Notes under the pieces: model-generated
Seen by the model: the letters and a program-made list of their open reading frames with translations, nothing else
Told to the model about the DNA's origin: nothing
Database searches by the model: none
From: Octopus sinensis
Lineage: Eukaryota
Length of the DNA stretch: 64,000 nucleotides
Assembly: GCF_006345805.1 (NCBI RefSeq)
Contig: NC_042997.1
Coordinates: 20,274,001 to 20,338,000, forward strand
Reading direction: 5' to 3'
Shown: piece by piece, positions 25,382 to 35,731 of the stretch
Layout of the letters: every line of letters begins with the position of its first letter
Position numbering within the stretch: position 1 is the first letter of the stretch
Program-made: the position numbers and the translations under genes

Positions 25382-25632
25382 AAATTTCGGTAAAATTACA
25401 GAGTAACACCTGCACGATTTTCACTAAGAAAAAAAAACTCAGATTTCAAAACTTCATGGGTGGGGTGGGTGGGAAGTACCACCACCCCCTTCTTCTGGAC
25501 CAATTCTGAACCAAAATATGGGACTTGCAACATATTACGAGTTCAGGGTACTTGATTCCATGCAAAAAATCCGAGTTTTTTTTTTCTTAGTGAAAATCGT
25601 ATGGGTGTTACTCTGTAATTTTACCCAAATTT
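25382..25632. mobile_element. MITE-like fold-back with 65-bp inverted repeats
   Basis: 25382-25446 is the reverse complement of 25567-25632 with few mismatches; no clear TSD. Confidence 0.75.
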
Positions 25633-26439
25633 CAACCCTTTCTGAATAACATGTCAAGCAAACAAATTACCCTGAATTTTTTTGATGATGAGCCATGTCT
25701 CATGTGGCCCATTTCTTGAAAAAGTTTGCCCATGCTTAGTCAAAATCAAACTTTCTAATATGACAAGAACACAATTAACATCATTCCAAAATGATCTTCT
25801 GACATACCAATATCTGAAGATTATAAAAGATTCATCCAAATAACAAAACAACTTGACTTAATGGAATACCAGTTGATGCCTACAAGATTGGAGGCAATCA
25901 ACCTCATTGTCAGTTGCATCAACATCTCATCAAAATCTGGATATAGGAAGATATGCCAGTAGGAGTTAAAAACACAGCAATCATTACCATCTACTAAAGA
26001 AAAGACAACTGATCCAGCCATAAGATTTCCATTCTGGCAAATTCAGACAAAATTGTTGCTCACATTCTAAATATTTGGTTCAAGTCTTTCCCAATAAGTT
26101 CATCAAGGGTAATAATATTGTATTAAATATATCAACTGGTAATTTCATTACAAAGCGATGCAAAGCAGTACATTATCAGTAAATACGTTGCCATATATTT
26201 ATCAGCAGAGTAAAGATATTGCTAAACATTATTTGAAGTTTTTGTTCACCAATAAAAAAAGAAGATTGCATTTCATTAAAAAAAAGTTCAAGGACGCAAA
26301 ATACAATCTAGAAAATTTTAGAATGTTGTAAAAAGAAACAATCAAGAAACATAGCAATAATTGAACAGATATATAGTCAGTGCAGAAATTCCACATTGCA
26401 GTATATTTATATAAGGTTCAAAATGATACAAGATATCAT

Positions 26440-26575
26440 TATCATCATCATCATTTAATGTCCGCTTTCCATGCTAGCATGGGTTGGACAATTTGACTGA
26501 GGACTGGCGAGCCAGATGGCTGTACCAGGCTCCAATCTGATCTGGCAGAGTCTCTACAGCTGGATGCCCTTCCTA
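26440..26575 (-). mobile_element. Short RTE 3' tail
   Basis: (CAT)n-TTAATGTCCGCTTTCCATGCTAGCATGGG...GGATGCCCTTCC. Confidence 0.85.
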
Positions 26576-26609
26576 TATACATATATATGTATATATATAT
26601 GTATATATA

Positions 26610-26778
26610 CACACCAGAGTAAGCACATAAATGTGAAACAAGGTGGAAAAAAGCGTACTCAAATACCAGAGGTAGAGTAATATGCTTTATTTAAAGCAAA
26701 AACTGTCCGACAAACGGGAACATGGAAATCTGAGTAACAGCTTTTGTTATATTTCTGCTGCTTTTAAATAAAGTATAT
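26610..26778. mobile_element. Short element with internal inversion, possibly Penelope-like
   Basis: About 20-bp inverted arms (26680-26698 and 26759-26778), (AT)n on both sides. Confidence 0.3.
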
Positions 26779-29063
26779 ATATATATATATATATATAGTG
26801 CTGTGGGAATTCAACTCAGTGAATATCAAAAGTTGAAAATGTTGAATTATTTAAGAGACATTGCTCATAACTTGTCTTTTCAGAATATTTCTTCTATTCC
26901 TCTATTTAAAATTGTTATCATGTTAATATTTCTGTTTTTTCTTTTGTGAGTATTTTGTTTTTGTTTTTGATTGGTATTTTATGTGTATAGATTCAATAAT
27001 GTTATATTAACTTTTTTTTTGTCTTTGAGCTTTTTTTCCATTGTTAATGAAATGTAATGAAGTATTTAGCAACAATGATTTGGCATGGCAAGTATTTACT
27101 GATGATATATATACTGGCTTGCAATGTGAGGAAATTAGCAAGCTATGGAATTTCAGACACTGTATTAACAGCAATAAATATACAGTCAAGAATTTACCAG
27201 AGAGTAACAAAAGCTACGAACTGAAGAGATCCTTCCAGAAGCACAAGCTGGTTTTAGACCTACACATGGAGCAAATAACATGATCTCCACAGTGTTTCAA
27301 CTACAATAGAAATGTCCCGAACAATGTTAACCTTTGTACATGGCATTCATCAACCTCTCTTTGACTCTATATGAAAAACACTGACAGTTGATTCTCATTC
27401 ATTGAACGATGTCTTGTAAATATATATATATGAATTCTAAAATTCCTCCATAATGATATGCTTCACAGTCAAGTTCAACAAAAGCATCTGTGAGCTATTT
27501 ATTTTAAGTCAGGTTAAGAGTAAAGCAGAGGTATGTGATTGTTCCAGCACACTTTCTCAAATTCTTTATCCCAGTCATCAACATAATTAAGGATGATATC
27601 ATCAAAGAAATCAAATCTGTCTATACTACAGGTGGTAAACTATTCAGTCATGTGTGTCAAAGGTTCAAAAATAATATGTCTACAAGTTCTCTGGTCAGTT
27701 CCAATGTGACAATGACAACGGTGTGGCTGATATCTAAGAAAACAAAAAACTCTGTAATAGAGCCTGTCTGAACTCCATCATGCATTTAGGAAACTTTGAC
27801 AGACCATCAGCTCCAGAAGAGTTCAGCTCAGCTTCCAAGCACCAGCAACAGATATGAGATCAAACCATTTTTTCGACTTAGCAGAACATCTCTGAAAAAC
27901 ATGAACCACATTCTGTGTCTTTGAATTCATTTCCCTTCCAATAGTGAAATTGATAATGAGATTGAACATTGTCTTAAATACACTTTTGAATTTCTCCAAA
28001 CACGAGTCTTACATTTGCATAAACACCACTGGTGTACAGAGCAGAGGTAATTCCAGTGGTATTGTATGCATTAGAAATATGTACTAGAAATTGAAATAGT
28101 ATGTATTGATGACATCTGAAAGCACCTAAAAGTTTCCTAAACAAAGAACTGGTATATCATCTGGTAAGAGAAAAAAACCAATGTTAATAAGCTGAATCAA
28201 GTACTAAAATGTAGGCATTGAAATACTCACCAATAAAAACGAAGATAGTAGAGTGGTTCTGTGGTTTTGATGAAAGATTGATGTTTGCTGAAGCAAATTT
28301 AACAGAGGCAAATAATAGAAGATATCCAAAGACATTTTAGAAACCAACATGAAGGAAGTGACACTAGTATCAACAACAGGAAAGAAATCAATGACAATAA
28401 CAGGAAACCCTGGTGACCAAGATGATGAATTGTCAGTCATTAGAATGTTGGGTAGAAAGCCTTGCAAGATTTGTTCCATCTCTTGTTCTTTTCAGCTCAA
28501 ATCTTGCTGAGGTCAACTTAGAATTTTATCTTTGCTTGGCTGATGTAAAAAAATGTACCTGTCTAGGGCACGATATAGACAGAAATGTTAGAAGGTTGGG
28601 CAAGATTACTTGCAGTATCTGTGTGCATTCTGAAAGTAAAGCTTATATTGACACTTGTGCCAAATTATATTAACTCAAATCAGCAGTCTTTCCCTTGGAT
28701 AAACATTAATGATATGACAAGGGGAGACTTGCAGTCATGGGCAACTGCCAATACACATTTTAAAAAAATCTGCCTAGACTTGCACGTACGTAAACAGATA
28801 CATGATCAGCCTTAATTGGTGGAGACCCTCCATATTTGTTAATTCTATTAACAGAGTAAAAAGATATGTACTACTCTGCCTAGATTAAAATATGACTGAA
28901 CTTGGATTCTTGGAGAAAGGACATGGCTCCATAATTCACATACTACAGATGACCATGTCTGAGAGATAAAAATCTGTAATCTTCTTAAGATTTAAAAGAT
29001 GAATAGTTGATGACAAACAGAACAAGACCTTTTCCTTTATAATCTTGCTGCCAAGTAGGTAAC

Positions 29064-31868
29064 CATCATCATCATCATCATCATTTAGCGTCCGTTTTCC
29101 ATGCTAGCATGGGTTGGACAGTTCTACTGGGGTCTGTGAAGCCAGAAGGCTTCATCAGGCCCAGTCAAATCTGGCAGTGTTTCTACGGCTGGATGCCCTT
29201 CCTAACGCCAACCACTCCGTGAGTGTAGTGGGTGCTTTTTACGTGCCACCCGCACTGATGCCAGACAGAGCTGGCAAACGGCCACGAACGGATGGTGCTT
29301 TTTATGTGCCACCGGCACGAGGGCCAGGCGAGGCTGGCAACGGACACGAAACGGGGTGGTGCTGGCAACGGTCGCGAAACGGAAAGTTCTCTTACATGCC
29401 ACCGGCACTGGTAACACATCTGCAATTTCCATTGATCGATTTCGATTCTGATCCTCACTTGCCTCAATGGGTCTTCACAAGCAGAGTTTCGACATGCCAC
29501 CGGCACTGGTAGCACATCCGCAATTTCCATTGATCGATTTCGATTCTGATCCTCACTTGCCTCAACACGTCTTTACAAGTAGAGTTTTGTGTCCCAAGAA
29601 GGGAAGGTATGCATACGTAGGCTGGCTCCATCCCATGTAGAAGGCCACGGGTTGTGGACTCACTTGTCCTGCCGGGTCTTCTCACGCACAGCACACTTCC
29701 AGAGGTCTCGGTCTCTAGTCATTTCCTCAGTGAGACCTAAAGTTCGAAGGTCGTGCTTCACCACCTCGTCCCAGGTTTTCCTGGGTCTGCCTCTTCCACA
29801 GGTTCCCTCAACCGCTAGGGTGTGGCACTTTTTCACACAACTATCTTCATCCATTCTCGCCACATGACCATACCAGCGCAAACGTCTCTCTTGCACACCA
29901 CAACTGATGCTTCTTAGGTCCAGCTTTTCTCTCAAGGTACTTACACTCTGCCGAGTGTGAGTACCGGCATTACACATCCATCGGAGCATACTGGCTTCAT
30001 TTCTAGCGAGCTTACGCATATCCTCAGCAGTCACGGCCCATGTTTCACTGCCATGTAGCATGGCTGTTCGTACACACGCATCATACAGTCTGCCTTTCAC
30101 TCTGTGCGAGAGGCCTTTTGTCACCAGCAGAGGTAAGAGCTCTCTGAACTTTGCCCAAGCTATTCTTACTCTAGCAGTTACACTTTCAGCACACCCGCCC
30201 CCGCTGCCGACTTGGTCACCTAGGTAACGGAAACTATCAACTATTTCTAGTTTTTCTCCCTGGAAAGTGACGGAAGTTGGTCTCAGAGCATTTTCAGTGT
30301 TTATTGTTCCTGAGCATCTGCCACATACAAAAACCATCTTCCTAGTTAGCCTTCCTTTGACATTGCTGCATCTCTTATGTGTCCATAGCTTACACTTGGT
30401 GCATCTTATAGAGTTTCTACCTACACCTTTTCTACAGATCGAGCAGGGCCATCTACCTGAAGGTGTTTGTGATTTGTCTACCTTCCTACTGATTACGACT
30501 TTGGTTTTAGCTAGATTGACTCTGAGGCCCTTCGATTCTAATCCTTGTTTCCACACCTGAAACTTCTCCTCCAGTTCTGATAGCGACTCAGCAATTAGAG
30601 CAAGGTCATCAGCATAGAGGAGCTCCCAAGGGCATCCTGTCTTGAATTCCTCCGTTATTGCCTGGAGGACTAAGATAAATAGGAGGGGGCTGAGTACTGA
30701 GCCTTGGTGGACCCCTACCTCTACCCGGAATTCTTCACTGTACTCATTTCCAACCCTCACCCTACTAGCGGCGTCCCTATACATGGCCCGCACAGCTCTC
30801 ACTAACCATTCATCTATCCCTAGTTTTCTCATTGCCCACCAGATAAGGGATCGGGGGACCCTGTCGAAGGCTTTCTCCATGTCAACAAAAGCCAGGTACA
30901 GGGGCTTATCTTTGGCTAGGTATTTCTCCTGCAGCTGCCTTACAAGGAATATAGCATCAGTAGTACTTTTCCCTGGCACAAACCCAAACTGCATCTCATC
31001 TAAACTAACTCTCTCTCTAATTAGTTGGGCTATGACCCTCTCCGTAACCTTCATCACCTGGTCCAACAGCTTGATACCTCTGTAGTTATTTGTATCTAGG
31101 GCATCACCTTTACCTTTGTAGCAGTTGACTATTATACTGCTACACCAGTCATTGGGTATGACCCCTTTGTGTATCACCTGATTAACTATATGGGTGACTA
31201 GGCTATAGCCGACACTACCAGACATTTTGAGCATCTCTGCAGTGATTCCTGATGGGCCTGGGGCTTTCCCTGTCTTCATGCTTCTAATTGCCTTAGCTAC
31301 CACAGAACTATCAACTCGGATAGCTGGTCCCTCTGTTGGGTCAACATTCGGCAGACTCTCTTTATCCCATTCATTTTCTTCATTCAGCAACCTTTCATAG
31401 TGGCATCTCCAAACCTCTCTCTTTGCATCCTCATTTAGCGCAAGTGAACCATCTTCCATGCGAACACACTTCTCTCCTACCACATCACGATTCTCTCTCA
31501 CACACTGTCTTGCAACACGAAACACCTCCAGTCTTTGGTCCTCACGGCGCAGAACATTGGCAAATTTTTTCTTATCTGCTTCCCCTCTGGCTAAATAAAC
31601 CTGTCTCCTAGCTTCTCTTTTGGCAGTCTGATACAATTCCCTGCTACCCCCATTTTTCCAGACCTTCCAAGCCTGTCTCTTTTCTCTAATAGCCCTGTCT
31701 ACAATATTGTTCCACCACCACGTTATTCTAGGTCGAGAGGGGACTTTGCACCAGCCACAGATCTGGTCAGTGGCTCTCAGCAGGTTGTCCCTTAGAAACG
31801 TCCAGCTGTCTTCTACCCCCTGTGATGCTCTATCCCTTTCTACTTCGTCAGAGGCTTCAAATAAAATT
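29064..31868 (-). mobile_element. RTE-clade LINE, 5'-truncated, young copy
   Basis: Intact RT frame, about 600-bp structured 3'UTR, (GAT)n tail; no TSD recognised. Confidence 0.95.
29660..31858 (-). CDS. RTE ORF (5'-truncated): reverse transcriptase with inserted PHD finger; endonuclease lost
   Basis: Track ORF of 658 aa plus 74 more open codons upstream to the truncation; motifs KAPGPSG, NYRGIKLL, QFGF, AFVDMEKAFDRV, GVHQGSVLSP, LYADD, FRYLG, RLRWYGHV, GRPRKTW. No native start codon, so not necessarily expressed. Confidence 0.9.
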   Translation of the reverse strand, partial: EASDEVERDRASQGVEDSWTFLRDNLLRATDQICGWCKVPSRPRITWWWNNIVDRAIREKRQAWKVWKNGGSRELYQTAKREARRQVYLARGEADKKKFANVLRREDQRLEVFRVARQCVRENRDVVGEKCVRMEDGSLALNEDAKREVWRCHYERLLNEENEWDKESLPNVDPTEGPAIRVDSSVVAKAIRSMKTGKAPGPSGITAEMLKMSGSVGYSLVTHIVNQVIHKGVIPNDWCSSIIVNCYKGKGDALDTNNYRGIKLLDQVMKVTERVIAQLIRERVSLDEMQFGFVPGKSTTDAIFLVRQLQEKYLAKDKPLYLAFVDMEKAFDRVPRSLIWWAMRKLGIDEWLVRAVRAMYRDAASRVRVGNEYSEEFRVEVGVHQGSVLSPLLFILVLQAITEEFKTGCPWELLYADDLALIAESLSELEEKFQVWKQGLESKGLRVNLAKTKVVISRKVDKSQTPSGRWPCSICRKGVGRNSIRCTKCKLWTHKRCSNVKGRLTRKMVFVCGRCSGTINTENALRPTSVTFQGEKLEIVDSFRYLGDQVGSGGGCAESVTARVRIAWAKFRELLPLLVTKGLSHRVKGRLYDACVRTAMLHGSETWAVTAEDMRKLARNEASMLRWMCNAGTHTRQSVSTLREKLDLRSISCGVQERRLRWYGHVARMDEDSCVKKCHTLAVEGTCGRGRPRKTWDEVVKHDLRTLGLTEEMTRDRDLWKCAVREKTRQDK

Positions 31869-32514
31869 TAAAATTGCAATCATACATACATAAGTAAGTA
31901 TATACAAACATACATAGGTTCATTAATTTCACAGCAACTGTTTTCTATATGGAGAGAGAGAGTTGAAGAGACAATCATAATCTGATTTAAGGATTTAATG
32001 TAAAGTTTTAAAACTATAATTCTTTCCTTGTACTAGATCCAAGATGGAAAATAAAGCTTCCAAAGTTATGTTGTATGCAGTGCTTTCACTGTCTTATAGT
32101 CATTATCAATAGTTTATTAGACATATATTATGTAAAAAAAATCTTCAATGCTGACTCAAATTTAGTAACGTCTACTTTGGATTAGTGCGTAGTTGAGAGG
32201 CTTGTTACTTTTTAGACAGTTGTTTAGTCTGTTCTGAAAGACATATAAAAGTTGAAGTTGCAGATAGCGAGCATCACAGACTTCCTTTCTCCTCTGTATT
32301 TGAAAACAGAGTTTCTAGATTCAGAAGCCTTATTTTTAATTTGCCATATCATTTAAATATCAGATTTAAAATTGGAAAATTAATGTGATTTTAGAACAAT
32401 TAAGCATTAAATACATGAACTGAACATTTGTAATCAGTTTGAGTGTGCATACACAGTCAAACTCAGAATGATAAACACTTTTATGTATTTCCTCTCTCTC
32501 TCTCTTTCTTTCTT

Positions 32515-32559
<45 letters not shown>

Positions 32560-32634
32560 GGGGGATAGAGAGAGGGATAGAGGGAGATAGGAAAGTGTGG
32601 CTCTGAGTGAGTAAATGTGTTTTTAGCAACCTTG

Positions 32635-33310
32635 AAGGCAGTGAGCTGGCAGAATCGTTAGCATGCCATGTGAGATGCTTAGTGGTATTTCGTCTGCCGT
32701 TAAATTCTGAGTTCAAATTTCGCCAAGGTTGACTTTGCCTTTTATTCTTTCAGGGTTGATAAATTAAGTACCAGTTACACACTGGGGTTGATGTAATCGA
32801 CTTAATCCCTTTGTCTGTCCTTGTTTTTCCCCTCTATGTTTAGCTCCTTGTGGGTAATAAAGAAATAAGAAACATTAGCATGCCAAACAAAATGCTTAGT
32901 GGTATTTCGTCTGTCCAAAGGCGGCGAGCTGGCAGAAACGTTAGCGTGCCGGGCGAAATGCTTAGCGGTATTTCGTCTGGCGCAACGTTGTGAGTTCAAA
33001 TTCCGCTGAGGTCGACTTTGCCTTTCATCCTTTCAGGGTCGATAAATTAAGTACCAGTTATGCACTGGGGTCGATGTAATCGACTTAATACCTATGTCTG
33101 TCCCCTCTATGTTTAGCCCCTTGTGGGTAATAAAGAATAGGTATTTCGTCTGTCTTTACGTTCAGAGTTCAACTTCAGCTGAGGTTGATTTCGCCATTCA
33201 TCCTTTTGGAGTCGATAGATTAAGTACCAGTTGCGTCCTGGGGTCAATCTAATTAACTGGCCCCTCCCCAAGAAATTTTGGGCCTTGTGCCTAGAGCAGA
33301 AAAGAACATT
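32635..33310 (+). mobile_element. Cluster of SINE family A units
   Basis: Monomer 32635-32866, orphan head 32868-32916, monomer 32918-33138, head-less unit 33139-33310 with an alternative tail (GGCCCCTCCCC..GGGCCTTGTGCCTAG). Confidence 0.85.
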
Positions 33311-33562
33311 TATTTGTTGTTATTTCAACTGTGACAGGATTATGTTATTTTGAATTTGAATTCAATAAAACTCCAAATACCCCAGCATTGCTGCAATGCA
33401 ATGACTGAAACAAGTAAAAGAAAATATTGTATTGAATTTTTTTCTGACTATACTCATCATCATTGTAAGATAATTAGTGATAAGAAGGGTGATAAGAAGG
33501 GACGACAGCTTTTCTATAAAAAAAAAATAATAATTTAAAGTTGGTAATACAATACCTATGTT

Positions 33563-33619
33563 GATGGTATTTTTATTTTATGATGGTATTTTTATTTTAT
33601 AATGGTATTTTTATTTTAT
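33563..33619. repeat. 19-bp tandem repeat x3
   Basis: GATGGTATTTTTATTTTAT repeated three times with one substitution. Confidence 0.85.
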
Positions 33620-34479
33620 TTTTATTTTTTCTTGTGAAAACTGAGGAAATAGAACTTGAAGCATTTCTCATTTCCTGATTTCAGACTAATCATTTTTCTT
33701 TCAAAACGTACTTATATTTTGTATGCAGCTGGTAGGACTTTAATTGATTGAAAACATTCCAACTTTTTTTTTAATCTTGATTTGCTGTGTTTTAAAGTCA
33801 TTCCAGATTAGCTACATATCTAACTTAATTTTAGATATAATTATCAGCTATCTTGGTTTTCAGTTGTTCAGTTATTATTTCTAAAGAGAGCTCTTTGTAA
33901 AACTTTATTTACCGTAAACATAGACATTACAGCTTTGTTCTTTGAATTTTAAAAATGTAATATTTCCAATTATTTCCTTCTTGACAGAATATTGAATTGT
34001 GTATTAAAAATCTGTGGGAAGCAGTATGTTCCTAATATAATAATGTTATGAAAGCAACTAGACTTACACCATCATCATCATCATCATTATCATTACCTTC
34101 ACCAAACACTACTACCACCAAACACCACCACCACCAAATGCCACCACCAATTATTTATTTTTTTTTGTTATCACCATTGGCATTAAAAAGGGTATCCACC
34201 CATAGAAACAATGCATGAAAAGACATTCGAACTTGACACAATGTTCCAGCCCATTGGATGCTGTAACAACATCCACCCAATCCTAGCATTGAAGACAAAC
34301 ATTGGATGGTGATGGTGATGGTATATTGCTGTCCCATGATTCTCATTGTATGCATTTGTTCAGTTCAGTCCACTTGAACACTCACTTCCAAGTGAGAAAT
34401 GTGAAGCAGCAATGAAATGAATTATCAGCTTTCAATAAAAAGAGTGAATAAAAGGATCCAATTTTCCAAGCTTGTATGA

Positions 34480-34680
34480 AATTGTATGGAGTTTATTTGA
34501 GGCAGATTTTCTCCCGGTAGATGCTCTTCCTGTCATCAATCTTCACCTGTTTTCAAGCAAGGTAATATTTCCCCATAGCCAGACATTTTACACAGAATAT
34601 TGGAAATGAATAACAGTTTCTATGACAGTGAGAGTCATTTACAACTTAGAAAGGATGTCAAGACAAGGAGATATACACAC
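34480..34680 (-). mobile_element. Family D short retroposon
   Basis: TTGAGGCAGATTTTC..CACCTGTTTTCAAGCAAGGTAATATTTCCCC..GTCAAGACAAGGAGATA. Confidence 0.65.
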
Positions 34681-34747
34681 ACACACTCTCTCTCTCTCTT
34701 TCTCTCACACCTACACCCATAGACTTATACATACACACACACACAAA

Positions 34748-34779
<32 letters not shown>

Positions 34780-35439
34780 AACAAACAAACAAAATGAAGA
34801 TTGAAGACTGGAGTTATGATATTGGTATGGAATGTGGTGCAGTTCCTGGTCTTGCCAGTTCCTATCGAACAGTCTAACTCATGCCAGCAAGGAAAATGGA
34901 TGTTGAATGATGATGATGATGATGATGATGATTGTTTCAACAGCCACATTGTAACTATTCACACATTATGTTTATAGACATGTATGTTAACAATGGTCTA
35001 ATCCTGTTTTCTATGTAATGCATAATTTGTAGCAGGACATGTAATTATTTCCCATGAAATGTTTATAAAAACAATATTGTTTATAAATATTTTCTGTAAA
35101 TACGATTCTTGTTTTTATAAACAATTCTGATAAAACAATTATACAGGCTGTTAATATATTGGGTCATCTAATAAATAATGTGTTTTTTTAATATTTCTTT
35201 TATTTCTCAAAATTAAGATAAACAAAGTTCTTTTTTAATCTAAAATATACTCTCCTTCATTTTCTACAATGCTCTTCCATCTATCTGGTAGACTTGCAAG
35301 GCCCCGTCTTCCAAAATTCACTTATTACCTGCTTTTATAGCAAGTTGATGCAGGTAGTTTATTCTGTTCCCCTCCAATTTTTAGTTCATGCAATTGACAA
35401 CACTGCATTATTTATGGAATGACCCAATAATGTACATTG

Positions 35440-35590
35440 TGAAGGCACATGGCTCACTGATTAGAGCACCAGACTCACAATCATGAGGTAGTGAGTTCGA
35501 TTCCTGGACCAGGCTGTGTATTGTGTCCTTGATCAAGACACTTTATTTCACATTGCTCCAGTTCAATCAACTGTAGAAATGAGTTGCAAC
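35440..35590 (+). mobile_element. tRNA-derived SINE with CORE-like segment (distinct older family)
   Basis: Head GGCACATGGCTCACTGATTAGAGC..GAGTTCGATTCC followed by TGTGTCCTTGATCAAGACACTTTATTTCAC. Confidence 0.65.
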
Positions 35591-35682
35591 ATTACCTTTC
35601 ATACCTTTACAGATAAATTCCCCTATTTACATAATATCGAGGTCTCTTTCTTTCTTTTGATGTCTCACCATTTTTATCAATG

Positions 35683-35731
<49 letters not shown>

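Larger units (their letters stand above)
24900..28150 (+). pseudogene. Highly degenerate BovB-type RTE LINE interrupted by later insertions
   Basis: Collinear motifs: W*RKKAQEMKLLSKTNDIQGF (about 25180), GIPVDAYKIGG..LHQHLIKIW (about 25865), KQRYVIVPAHF and GKLF..FQCDNDN as decayed YADD (27520-27725), LVYRAEVIPVVLYALE (about 28030). Confidence 0.75.

Noticed and set aside
27500-27900. Minus-strand frame containing CHCHIGTDQRTCRH, resembling a SWIM zinc finger
   Set aside because: The plus strand of the same bases gives collinear BovB-type RT motifs, so this is antisense coincidence; the frame also contains stops.
29137-29158. CUGAUGA on the RTE sense strand followed by a hairpin
   Set aside because: No GAAA follows the stem (it reads UCAC) and other copies lack CUGAUGA; not a hammerhead.
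30267-31611. Plus-strand ORFs overlapping the RTE (also at 44392-46784)
   Set aside because: Antisense shadows of the RT/endonuclease frame with no independent motifs.
29040-31900. Target-site duplications for the two long RTE copies
   Set aside because: No matching direct repeats found at the flanks of either copy by eye.
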